NCBI GenBank assembly: GCA_002189035.1
Contig: NEEC01000010.1
Location: forward strand, 2,232,001-2,296,000
Direction of reading: 5' to 3'
DNA from: Utricularia gibba
Lineage: Eukaryota; Plantae; Magnoliophyta
DNA: 64,000 nt
The notes beneath the pieces are model-generated. The model was given only the letters and a program-made list of their open reading frames with translations. It was not told the DNA's origin and ran no database searches. Positions 1 to 10,845 of the stretch are shown here, piece by piece; position 1 is the first letter of the stretch, and each line of letters begins with the position of its first letter. The translations under genes and the position numbers were made by a program.

Positions 1-1185
1 AGGCGTATTTGGGAATATTTATAATCTTATATAATTAAATTCTATATTTTAAATATATTTTTTTATTTCAAGTGCATGCAATGTTTTGCCCATGTTGTTC
101 ATGCCTACATAACTGCAACCTTTTTCCAGCGCTTTTCTTGAGTACCACTAGAAACTCCGATGAGACCACCGGCGGCACCGGAGACTGGAGGTGACGGTTT
201 TTGCTTATTAAAGTTGAGAGCCGCTGCCTCTGCAATGAACAGATTTGTGTTCCACTGAGCCGGTGCTAACCAACCCTGTTGCAAAGAAGCGTCCGCCACC
301 GGGTTTGCTGCCAAATGCCATGACGCGGTTCCTCCAACGAGCTACTCGAGGAATCACGGGGACTACACATCAGATCGAAGAAGACGAAGGGATGTTTCAG
401 TCCTTCAATTCAGAATCATACCAAAGAAGGCGAGCATTGGGTGTGTTGAGCTTATTATGCGTTCTTTCATTGCACGCAGAAAACAAATCGGGGTGTTTTC
501 ATTTCATGGAATTTTAGAATGTGATCTTTAGAAAAAATGATCCTACTTTTCAACAAACAATCAAGTTGTAGTCATATTTTGAGTGTTGCATATCAATTGA
601 CGATTCAATCAACGTTGCATCAGGAAAACCCAACTCAACCATTGTAAGGTTGGAAATCCTATATGGCATCCTCGGCAGAAGTTCGTTGTGTGCTTCGAGC
701 CTTCCCATGTCTCGTCGGAAGAGCAACAGAATTTCTTGAGTGCTGTGCTGTTGTTGTACAAGAACCCAGAAGCTATGCCGTTAACCTCTATTCACTTCCA
801 AGTTCAAACAAGCATCTTTTTCATACAAATGGGAAGGTGAACTTTGAGACTAAGAAATAAGATGGAACAAGGAAACTAGCACTAGGCTTCGCATTGATGA
901 GCCGTGCAACAGATTCAGCTATGCCCTGGGGATACTTTGTTCGAGAACGCACGCTCTATCAAGTATAGATAAGCTCGTACTTGAAATTTTCAATGGGATT
1001 GTCTGGAAAACTTGAAATGACTGACTGTTCATTAAGCAACTGAAACAGAAAGTTTTAGTAGCATTCCCTTGCCTGGCCCTGCAAGCATTCTCGACGGTGG
1101 CTTGATTGATCGATCGATCTCACGAATTGAATGGTTTCTGCAACTTCGCAAGCCTAAGCAGAATTACAAATAAGCTGGGCCATGT

Positions 1186-1958
1186 TCAGATGTTGTCGAA
1201 GAAGAATGGATCGCCGTCGTCCCAAATGCTATTTGATGGATACCCATCGTCGGGTTCATTGCCGAACGGCGGCCAACTGGTATATCCTCCGTTCAACAAC
1301 GCGGCGGGATCCGACTGCGGTGGCGCCTGTGTGGGATCGGGGGGAGCGAGTGGGCTCATTTCATCATAACCATGATAGTTGCTGAATTGCTGAGGATTCT
1401 CTTCTTGCCAACCGGAGCTGGAATTAGGGTTTTGGAACGGAACAGCAGTTTCTGACCATTCCCTCATCGCCGCTGCTTCCCCTTGTGTCATTTCATACGG
1501 CCGCGAAGCTGGCGCAGCAGGATACGAAGACGGCGGAGTCGGCATCGGAAACGTAAGCCCGTACCCCGAGGGCCGAGGGAGCAAGGGCCGCAGTAGTCTC
1601 TGCGTGGACGAGGAACTTGACGCGCGTTCCCGGGCATCACCGCCTCCGCTCCTGCCAGTACCAGCAACAGATGTCTGAAGATTCAATTGAGCCTTGGACC
1701 CATACAGCACAACCGCGGCACGGTCGTAGGCTCGAGCCGCTTCCTCAGCCGTCGCGAAGGTTCCGAGCCATCGGCGCGTGCGCTTTCTGGGCTCGCGGAT
1801 CTCCGCCACCCATTTTCCCCAGCTCCTCTGGCGCACCCCTCTGTACCTGAATTTCCCGTTGTCGGGACCTCCCTTTCCCTTGCTTGGCCTCTTGTTGAGC
1901 GGAGGGGAAGTCTCTGGGGAGGAGAGTTATTAGGGTTTGCTGCATCAGCACCGCTCAT
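1186..1958 (-). CDS. ABI4: AP2/ERF transcription factor ABI4 (intronless; one-base frameshift near the 5' end)
   Basis: Reads [68 protein letters not shown], with an ABI4-like C-terminus SIWDDGDPF. The AP2 frame has two TAA stops upstream and no ATG. Adding one base to the G4 run at 1916-1919 joins it to the ATG at 1958 ([25 protein letters not shown]...). Confidence 0.9.
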
Positions 1959-1980
1959 GGTGAGTGGCTGCTCCCGGACG

Positions 1981-2123
1981 CGGTGTCCGAAATAAGACAA
2001 CAGTAGCGAAGGGCAAAGAAAGAGAAGCCTGGGGAAGGCAAACTTTCACCCCGTTCCATGGATACCAACTGAAGCCCACTGTTGAAATACCGCCCTCGCT
2101 GTCAATGGTGGAACAGGGCGGTG
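1981..2123 (-). promoter_or_regulatory. Candidate CE1-like CACCG elements upstream of the ABI4 start
   Basis: CACCG on the minus strand at 1981-1985 and 2119-2123. Arabidopsis ABI4 autoregulates through a CACCG element, but the motif is short and may be chance. Confidence 0.25.
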
Positions 2124-2984
2124 GTCTCACCTTCCCTCGAACGCGTGCACCGGGACTGCATCCTCGCCCTTCATCTAACATTATCATCTATGGGACCTTT
2201 TTTTTTTCCCATCAAACATTATTTTAATTAAAATAAAATAAAAATTCTAATAGGTATGAAATACGTATTATCTCATCATATAATCTGTTACCTCTGTTCT
2301 TGAGTAGTGTTTGCTTTATGTGATTACAATGCAAAAAGTTTAATTTGTTTGAATTTAAACAAAAATAATGTAAAAAGATTAATTTTTTTATATAATTTTT
2401 TAATAAATAGGAATAAATCAAAATATTCTTGTTTATATTTCGATTAGAAACACCTCTAAACGTAAAACGTCAAAAAATATAAAATAAATATTTTTTATAT
2501 TATACTATATTTCTAATATTTCGATTTATATTTTATAAACATCTAGATCATTTATTAAAGAATTATATATTTATTTTAAAATTTAATCTAATATCGAACT
2601 ATTAGCATTTAACATAATCTTTTTGTTTAATTATAATATGCTTTTATTCCCACCTTTAAATATTGATTTTTTTAAGTTGGTTTCTATATTTATTGGATTC
2701 TATTTTATTATTTTAAAACTTGTTGAAATTGAGTGTTCAATAGTTATAGTGAGCATACATGATATCTAAATATATAATAAACGTGAATTATATTAAAAAT
2801 TTTCAATCAATTATAATAATTTATAATTTATTATATATTTAATTAGTTTATTTTAATTGCTTGATTGTCACACAATCCAACTAGATCGGACATGACGAGA
2901 CTGTGAGTTGGGGGTGTTCAGCGGTCGATAGGGTGATTCCTAAAGACCCGGCCCCAACTAAAATGAAATGTTCAAAAAAGGATG

Positions 2985-3350
2985 TTTTTATTTCACATTT
3001 CTTAGTATTTTATTTCCGATTTCTTATTCGGTTTGGAAAATGGCCTCGCGTCGCACTCGTACTGTTGGGCTGTAGCCCAAGTTCCTTCCTAATTTTGAAT
3101 ATTTCTGGAAAGATAATCTTTCAACATTAAAAATACAAGCAAGACCAGGTCACTGTGACGGATTTGTCAAAGATTTATTAATAGTGGGACCCAAATATTG
3201 ACTTGACCTGAGTTGACTTCGACTGGTCCCTCCCAAATTACGGACTTGTGCCTGGTTATGGGACAGTTTTTGTTTGTATGTAAATATTTTTTGAAATTAA
3301 AAATACCAAAATAAGAAAAAGTCTGCTACAGAGGGCCCACAAACGTCGTC
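2985..3350. repeat. HSP70 promoter block, copy 1 of 3 (others at about 8320-8690 and 9140-9450)
   Basis: Shared strings such as CCAAGTTC.TTCC.AATTTT, CAAATTACGGACTTGTGCCT and AATAAG.AAAAGTC recur at all three places or in pairs. Confidence 0.8.
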
Positions 3351-3391
3351 ATCTTCAAGCTGCTCCACACAATCAAGTCAAGTCAAGTCAA
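3198..3391. promoter_or_regulatory. W-box (TTGACY) clusters upstream of HSP70a
   Basis: TTGACT/TTGACC at 3198, 3203 and 3213, plus three overlapping AGTCAA at 3376-3391, all within about 330 bp of the ATG. Confidence 0.55.
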
Positions 3392-3527
3392 CCATTCTGG
3401 ATAAGAGTTTTTTTCTTTTGGAGGAGGAAGCCTTGGGACGCGACTATAATTAGCGCCATGGAGGTTCTCATTCATCTGTGCATTGCGATCAAAAGTTCCC
3501 TAAATCTGTGTGAGCGTGTGGAGAAAG

Positions 3528-5558
3528 ATGTCTGGTGAAAAAGGTCATGTGATTGGCATGGATCTTGGAACTACTTACTCCGTCGTCGGCGCTTGGCACA
3601 AGGGTCGCATCGAGATCATCGCGAATCATCAGGACGGTAGCCGGACGACGCCGTCTGCCGTTGCTTTCACCCAAACTGAAAGGCTCATTGGTCAAGCTGC
3701 TCACAATCAGCTGTCCTCAAATCCAACCAACACTGTGTTTGGTGAGTAATACAGATGGTTAGAACTTGCATTCATCAAAGCCCATTTGATTCATTTCTCT
3801 ACCCTACAATCTCCGCTCACAAACAGATGTAAAGAGGCTGATTGGAAGGAAGTTCTCGGATGAGCTTGTTCAGAAAGATATCAAGCTATGGCCCTTCAAG
3901 GTCATCCGAGGAAGCAACGACAGGCCTATGATTGTTGTGAACTACAAGGGTGAGGAAAAGCTGTTTTCGGCGGAGGAGATATCTTCCATGGTGTTGACGA
4001 AGATGAAGGAGACAGCTGAAAAATATCTTGGGTCAGCTGTGAAACAGGCCGTGATCACTGTTCCGGCATACTTCAACGACTCTCAACGCCGTGCAACCAT
4101 AGATGCTGGTACTATTGCCGGCCTAAATGTCATGCGCATCATAAGTGAGCCAACAGCTGCTGCTTTTGCCTACGCCTTGAACCAAAATTCTGCCGAAGAA
4201 AGAAATATTCTGGTTTTTGACCTCGGTGGTGGCACTTTTGATGTCTCTATTCTTACCACCGATGGAGGGGGCACCATGAGGTTAAGGCTGTCGCCGGTGA
4301 TACTCACCTTGGAGGCGAAGACTTCAACAACAGAATGGTTGAGCATTTCGTTGCGGAGTTCATGAGAAAGCACAAAAAAGATATGAGCGGAAATTTCAAG
4401 TCTCTGAGGAAATTGAGGACCGCTTGTGAGAAAGCGAAGAAGGAGTTGTCATCCACAGCTGAAACCCACATGGAGATTGACAATCTGTTCGAGGGTGTTG
4501 ATTTCCACGCACGGTTGACTCGTGCGAAGTTCGAGGAGCTAAACAAGGATTTGTTCAACAAGTGTGTGCAGATAGTAAAAGAGTGTTTGGAGGATGCGAA
4601 GATGGACAAGAAGAGTGTGGATGATGTGGTTCTAGTGGGAGGATCCACCAGGATCCCCAAAGTGAAGCAATTAATGCGGGAATTTTTCAATAGGAAAGAG
4701 CTGTCTAGTGAAGGCATCCACCCTGATGAAGCTGTTGCATATGGTGCTGCTGTTCAGGCTGCCATCTTGAGCGACGAGGCTACTGAGGAGATGAAGGATA
4801 TCGTACTTCTAGATGTCAATCCGCTTTCCCTTGGTTTGGAAACTAAGGACTATTCTATGAGTGTGGTCATTCCAAGGAACACCACTATTCCCACAAAGAA
4901 GGAGGATGTCTTCTGTACAACCGAAGATGATCAAACTGCAGCCAGGTTTTCGATCTATGAAGGTGAGCGCCCAAACACCAAAGACAACAACTTGCTGGGT
5001 CAGTTCAGGATCTCTGGAGTTCCACGGGCTCCAAGAGAGAAAATAAAGTTTGACGTGTGCTTTGAGATCGATTTCAATGGAATTCTGAAGGTATCTGCCG
5101 TGGAAACAACCACCGGCTTGAGGAATCAAATCACAATCACCAACGACAACGAAAGACACTCCAATGCGGAGATCGAAAGGATGATAGAAGAGGCCGAAAG
5201 GTTCAAGCTGGAAGATGAGGAGTTCCGGAAGAGGGCTAAGGCGAGAAACGAATTGGAGACATACGCTTACAAACTGAGAGACGCTCTCATGGAAAATAAG
5301 ATAGTATCTATGCTCCCCGCCGCCACTAGGAAGAAGATCGAGGACGCTGTTACCTCCACCATCGACTGGATCGACGACAACCAACATGCTCTTACGCGAC
5401 AGGAATTCGACTCCAAAAGGGCTGAGCTGGAGGAGCAGATTCTCAAAATATGCAGCCCCATCATGGCCGACAACAAAAGTCGCCTCAAATTGCTCGGACT
5501 CTTGAAACTCTTGATGAGTGGAGCGAGTGTGGCAGCTGCAATCGGAGGATTTTTTTAG
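3528..5558 (+). pseudogene. HSP70: Cytosolic-type HSP70, atypical copy a (exons 3528-3741, 3827-5558); frameshift at about 4276, so either a pseudogene or an assembly error
   Basis: Motifs [49 protein letters not shown]. The phase-1 intron lies in the canonical NTVF/D position. At 4271-4282 it reads GGCACCATGAGG where the paralogue has GGCACCTTTGAGG (net -1). No EEVD. Confidence 0.88.
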
Positions 5559-6029
5559 GGCTTGCGGACCTTTGCTTTTTTTTTTTTTTACTGCATCTTT
5601 TGGAAAAATTTGTGTGTGACACTCACGACGTGATGTCTTTTTGCTTGTGTTTATTTCTGTGTATAGCTTTTTTCCTAATAAACATTAGGAGCGTGTAATG
5701 ATCAAGAGCCACATATTATGTATGACTTGTGGGATTTGTGTAAAAATAAATAAAAAAACAACGTAGTGCCAAGTAATAAATACAACAAGGGAAGGGCAAA
5801 TGATCAATCCGAATAATAAAAATGTAATCTTTATCATAAATTGGATAAACTCAGATCTTGGGTTATCCCCAACATGATTGTTGTATGCATTGATGGCGGC
5901 TTTGACCAGGCCTTCCAATGGGTCACGATGTCTCTTTCTACTTAATCGACCAAAAGGCCACCAGTCAACAAGCATTCAGTAATGGCAACTGGCATGTCAT
6001 CATGTTGTATTGATGCTTGTCCAGACCTT

Positions 6030-6670
6030 ACAAATGGAATAGTGATCTGGTAATTCCTGACGACGCTCTTCTGTCTTCCAAGAATTCCCACAAGGAAGGA
6101 GAAGAGATATGAAACAGGCATAAGCAGCCAAACTGGAATAATGTATTCAGTGTATGAAGGCGAGAGTTCTTATACCAAAGATAACAAACTTGGGTAAATT
6201 CGAACTCAATGCGGTCTCCCCCCTGCACGCAAAGGAAAACTCCAGTGTAGTGTATGTTTTGAAATGGATGAAAACGGTATTCGAAGAATGACTCACAATT
6301 GCGAATGATAAGAGCAGATATGGTGCCAGAAATGATTTGCTGGTGTACGTTGGCAAACTACTAAACGAACTCAGTGATGAGATGGCTTCCAAACTTCCGC
6401 TGCGATCAGAAAGGGGGTTTCGAGATGCTTTTAGACTCCAAACAAAACATGGCTCGACGAGAACCAAGACCCTGGGGTTCATGACTTCAAAAGCAGGGAA
6501 GTGGAGCTTGAGAAGGGCATCATCACACTCATTGATCCTCAAGCTGCAGCCGCCCCTGGTGGTGGTGCTGCATGGTTAGGTTTTTCCAAACGGAGTGAAT
6601 GTGGTTTCTTCGATGCTGCCGAAGGAATGCCATGAAGAAACTAAACAAAGAGATTGAAATGGATGATTGA
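6030..6670 (+). pseudogene. Decayed, divergent third HSP70 fragment (substrate-binding domain and lid only)
   Basis: Across frames it reads IPTRKEKRYETGISSQTGIMYSVYEGESSYTKDNKL / GKFELNAV / PPARKGKLQCSVCFEMDENGI / LTIANDKSR / ARNDLLVYVGKLLNELSDEMASKLP / WLDENQ...ELEK, ending near KEIEMDD*. This is colinear with the HSP70 SBD and lid, with several stops and frameshifts. Confidence 0.8.
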
Positions 6671-7204
6671 TTAGTCGACAGGCTCCTGCTGTGCCACTTC
6701 CCCTGTTCCAAGGATGTCTGTTGCTGCTGCTCAAAGTCTGGTGTGCATGTTGTCTGTGAACATCGTGGTTGCTGTCAGACTACATTATCTTGTTGCTACC
6801 TGCTGCTAAGTCAAAGACTGTTAAGTTTTTGATGAATAAAGGAGCCAGCTTTTTCTTATTGATTCCAAGAACCAACAACAAAGTCTCATAAATGTGCAGA
6901 GATGCACAGTAGTGTTACATGAAAAATAGGATGAATTTTAACATGAAATCGTTTAAGTAAAAAACAATAATAAAAAAGAGGGTTTTGATTTGAAAGAGTA
7001 TGAGAATGAAGAACAAAGTTTATTTTAATAGAATAGATACAAATACAAGCTGTGTACATCAGCTTTTATAAATTCAAAAGTAACAAACTTCACATAAAAT
7101 CAGTATTTAATGAGACCATTTAATGAGATCTCTTTAGGGATGATAATACATATTTTTGAATGATTGAGTGTATAGAAATTACTCATATTGTGTTACAAAA
7201 ATCA

Positions 7205-7365
7205 AATTTTACTTCATAAACTAATGATTTCAGGGATTCATGAGGTGAATTCTAGTGCAATCAATGCGTTGGCAAAGAATTGTCTATCCTGGAAGACCTT
7301 GGACTTATTGACTGCCGCATGATTGATGGAACATCTCTCGGGGATCTATCAACAGCCTAACCAAC
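7205..7365 (+). pseudogene. ARABIDILLO-like F-box/LRR gene fragment
   Basis: LHKLMISGIHEVNSSAINALAKNC / ILEDLGLIDCRMIDGTSLG resembles the ARABIDILLO LRR segment LRLSGIRDVTSEAIEALAKHCPQLNDLGFLDCLNIDEEALG (comparison from memory). It is frameshifted and isolated. Confidence 0.5.
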
Positions 7366-7584
7366 CCGCGAAACCAGGGCTGATTGACTTGCTCACTTCC
7401 AACGGCTGTGTAGCCTTTATTACTCAATCTTATTTCAATATTTTAAGATTATCTTCTAACTTAGCAGAAGCTCGTTCAACACATGAAATGCCCGATTCGA
7501 ACGTGCAGTGGATAGTCTTTAAACGTGTCTCAAACACCCCAAATCGGTCAGCTTTGACTGGTCGAACACTCAGTCTTGACAAGA

Positions 7585-7748
7585 AGCCGCTTCCTCAGCC
7601 GTAGCGAAGGTGCCGAGCCAGCGGCGCGTGCGCTTTCTGGGATCGCGGATCTCCGCCACCCATTTCCCCACAGCTCCTCCGGCGCACCCCTCCGTTCCGG
7701 AATTTCCCATTGTCGGGCCTCCCCTTCCCTTGCATGGCCTCTTGTTGA
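7585..7748 (-). pseudogene. ABI4: Truncated duplicate of ABI4 (basic region and first half of the AP2 domain)
   Basis: Aligns by eye to 1735-1898 with high identity, with compensating -1/+1 indels. It has no ATG and lacks the 3' part of the gene. Confidence 0.9.
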
Positions 7749-8319
7749 CGAGAGGTGAATTCTCTACATTTCATGGGCCATCTATATTAAAAAATTATTT
7801 TTATTAAAATAAAAAAGTTCTATCCCAAGTACTAGGAACGAAATACACCATATAATTTGTTGCCTCTATTCCTAGGGAGTGTTTGGTCTATATGACTAGA
7901 ATGTAAAAATATTATTAATTTATTTGAATTCAAATAAAAATGACGTAAATATATTACTTTTTATATAGTATTTAATGAATAAATAAAAATTTAGATTAGG
8001 TAAAGAAAGAGTGTATAGGTTTAATTAAATAAATATGTCTTTATAGAACTAAATAAAACCTTCATAATCATGAACTTTTTAAACTCGTAAAGTAAATGTA
8101 TCACAACTTATTTTTTTGGGCAATACCACCATTTATATAATATTTTATTAATTATAAAATCATGACTTTAAACGATGGTGAGATGAAATTCAATCCAAAC
8201 TCATTATTTAATGAATTAAATCAAACAACTTTAGATAGAATAAACAAATTATGTGGTATAAAAATAATAGCTTTGGATAAGAATTTTTATTTCTTATGCT
8301 TTCTTTCTTTATTTTAAAT

Positions 8320-9450
8320 ATTTACATTTATTAATTTTTTGTTTCTGATTTCTTATTGGGATTGGCGTTGCACTTCTAGTGTTTGGCCAAGTTCATTCCA
8401 AATTTTAGTTATTAGCGGAACGATATTCCTTCCCAATTAAGAATATGAAAAATAATTAAATCAAAACAACCAATACAATAATTAAACCAATGGATAATTA
8501 ATGCTGGAACCACCCATTGACGTGACCCATTTTATTGACTTGACTTGGGTTGACTTTGACCGGTCCCTCCTATAATGGGCCAAATTACGGACTTGTGCCT
8601 GTCTTGTGGGACAGTTTTTGTTTGATGTAAATATTTTTTGCAATTAAAAATTCAAAAATAAGAAAAAGTCGGCTACAGAGGGAATGAAGAAACATGACTT
8701 TATTTTAGATTTCTTTTTATCCTTTACTGCATGGTTTCAATAGATTGTTTTTTAATTATACATAATTTAACCAACCAACCAAACATATAATCAATATTTA
8801 ATTTCCTATTAAAACCGTCCATATCAATCCAATAAAACACGTCTCAAGCGGTTTTTCCAAACGTAACATTAATATTATATATAGAATCGGGGGGATCTCT
8901 GTGCCCGAATAAGTAGCGATGGATGAGATTGAAGGATTGTATCCAGCTATGGGTGCAACGAGCAATAGACAATGCACCCGAATGAGGGTGATGTCACGAA
9001 ACTTATGAATCCATAATATTTCCGTTTTCATTTCCAAATGTGAAGCATCAAAAAATATATAAAATAATGTATTTCTTTTTTATATTAAATATTACTTCTT
9101 ATGCTTTCAATCTTTATTCTAAACATTTACATTTAATCAAAATATATATTAGTATTTGGTTTCTGATTTCCCATTGGGGATGACCAAGTTCGTTCCTAAT
9201 TTTAGGTATTTGTGGAACGATCGATATTCCTTCGCAATTAAGAATATGGAAAATCATTAAACCAAAAAACCGAGTCAACAAGCAATTGAACAACACCGTG
9301 GTCGGCGGATATGTCCAAGGGACGGGACCCACCTAATGACTTGACTGAGTTAACAAACACTGGCCCAAATTACATGTGCGTGAAGTTTGTCTGCAATTAA
9401 AAATACCAAAATAAGTAAAAGTCTGTCAGAGGGCCCACGAACGAATGGTC
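8320..9450. repeat. Two further diverged copies of the HSP70 promoter block, one with four W-boxes at 8535-8561
   Basis: 8341-8440 and 9160-9250 match about 3010-3130; 8535-8682 and 9335-9440 match about 3198-3340. Confidence 0.75.
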
Positions 9451-10182
9451 TCATCCAGGAAGTTTCGTATATGTAATCAACTAACACAAATTACTTTATT
9501 TAAATTAATTGAAAAACAATTTTATTCACTAATGTTTATGAACACTTGTTAATTATTATATTTATTATATTTTAAATTAATTGGTAAATGTATTATATAT
9601 TTATATAATTCAAATTTAAATATCAAAATTTTGTATTAATAAATTTGTGATAAAAATATTTTGATAAATAAAAAATTATATGTTAATTTAAAAAATAAAA
9701 ATATAGCAATTGCTTCAATAATTATTATGTTATTATTATAATTTTTATTTTATTGTTAAAGTTTAGTATCATTCAATATAAATAATCACATACTTGTATA
9801 ATATATAATTATTGTAAATAATTAAATATTTTTATAAATTCATTTTATTGTATGAATTTTTTTTCCACTCGATTATCAATACAAATTAATAGTTCCTTTA
9901 TTTAAATTTATTAAATTTATTAAAAATTATTCATAAATCGATTAAAAACACTAAAAAAACTTATTTTAATATAACATATTAATCTCATTTATATTCGCTT
10001 ATTAAATTATTTAAACATGAATTTTATTTACTTTTATTTATTTATAATATTCAAACGAATATAAATAATGTTAATCGAATCAAACACAATACTAATTATT
10101 TAACATTGTTATTTAAGTTATAACATCCCTTATCATCTAGAACTTACCCCAAACACAATCAAGTCTAGTCCACCATTCCGGA

Positions 10183-10679
10183 TAGGAATGGCAGCGGGGC
10201 GGATATGGGGCAGGTAAACTCTTACCCGATACCCGCTCCACCGAAACGCCCCACCGCTACCTGCCCCGCCTGCTTGTTTCATCCATTTACCCGCCCCGCT
10301 GCCTGCCCCCACTACCCACCCGGCTGCCATTCCTAGATCTTGCAAGAACTAAGAGGGGCAAAATGGACATTTTCCTTGATGTCATTATGATGGCTGAAAC
10401 ACAAGTATTGACAAAAAAAAAATCAAATAGAGTAAAAATTGACATTTTTCTATATCTTAGCTATCTTCTTCTTAGTTCAGACTACTCAACACAAATATTT
10501 ACAAGGAAAAGAACAAAAAAAAACATGGTAAACCCTACGAATAAACAAAGAAAATTATTGTAATTTTTTATCCGCTACCTGCCTTGCTACCCGCTACCTG
10601 CGGACCTGACTCTCACAGGTACTGAACAGGTCAGATATCTGACGGGTTGCCGGTCGGATTATCCATTTTGCCATCCCTA
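10183..10679. mobile_element. hAT-type MITE (497 bp) in the HSP70b promoter
   Basis: TIRs TAGGAATGGCA...TGCCATCCCTA. The 8-bp TSDs ATTCCGGA (10175-10182) and ATTCTCGA (10680-10687) each differ by one base from the empty site ATTCTGGA in the paralogous promoter (3394-3401). Confidence 0.85.
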
Positions 10680-10845
10680 ATTCTCGATATATAAATTTAG
10701 GAGTTTTTTTTTTTTTTTTTTGTTCTTTTGAACGAGTAAGACTTGGGACAACTATAATTAGCGCCATGGGCCTTTCTCATTCTTCTGTGGTGCACTGCAA
10801 ATGCAATCAAAAGTTCCCTGAATCTGTGTGAGCATGTGGAGAAAG

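Noticed and set aside
1-1100. Short ORFs at 105-314, 245-517 and 663-860
   Set aside because: No recognisable domain in any frame and no consistent exon chain, so left unassigned.
8951-8979. GGGTGCA...TGCACCC hairpin as a Helitron 3' end
   Set aside because: Only a 7-bp stem, with no CTRR terminus after it.
9451-10141. AT-rich insert as a MULE with a 9-bp TSD (TCATCCAGG / TCATCTAGA)
   Set aside because: The putative TSD has two mismatches and the ends show no inverted repeat.
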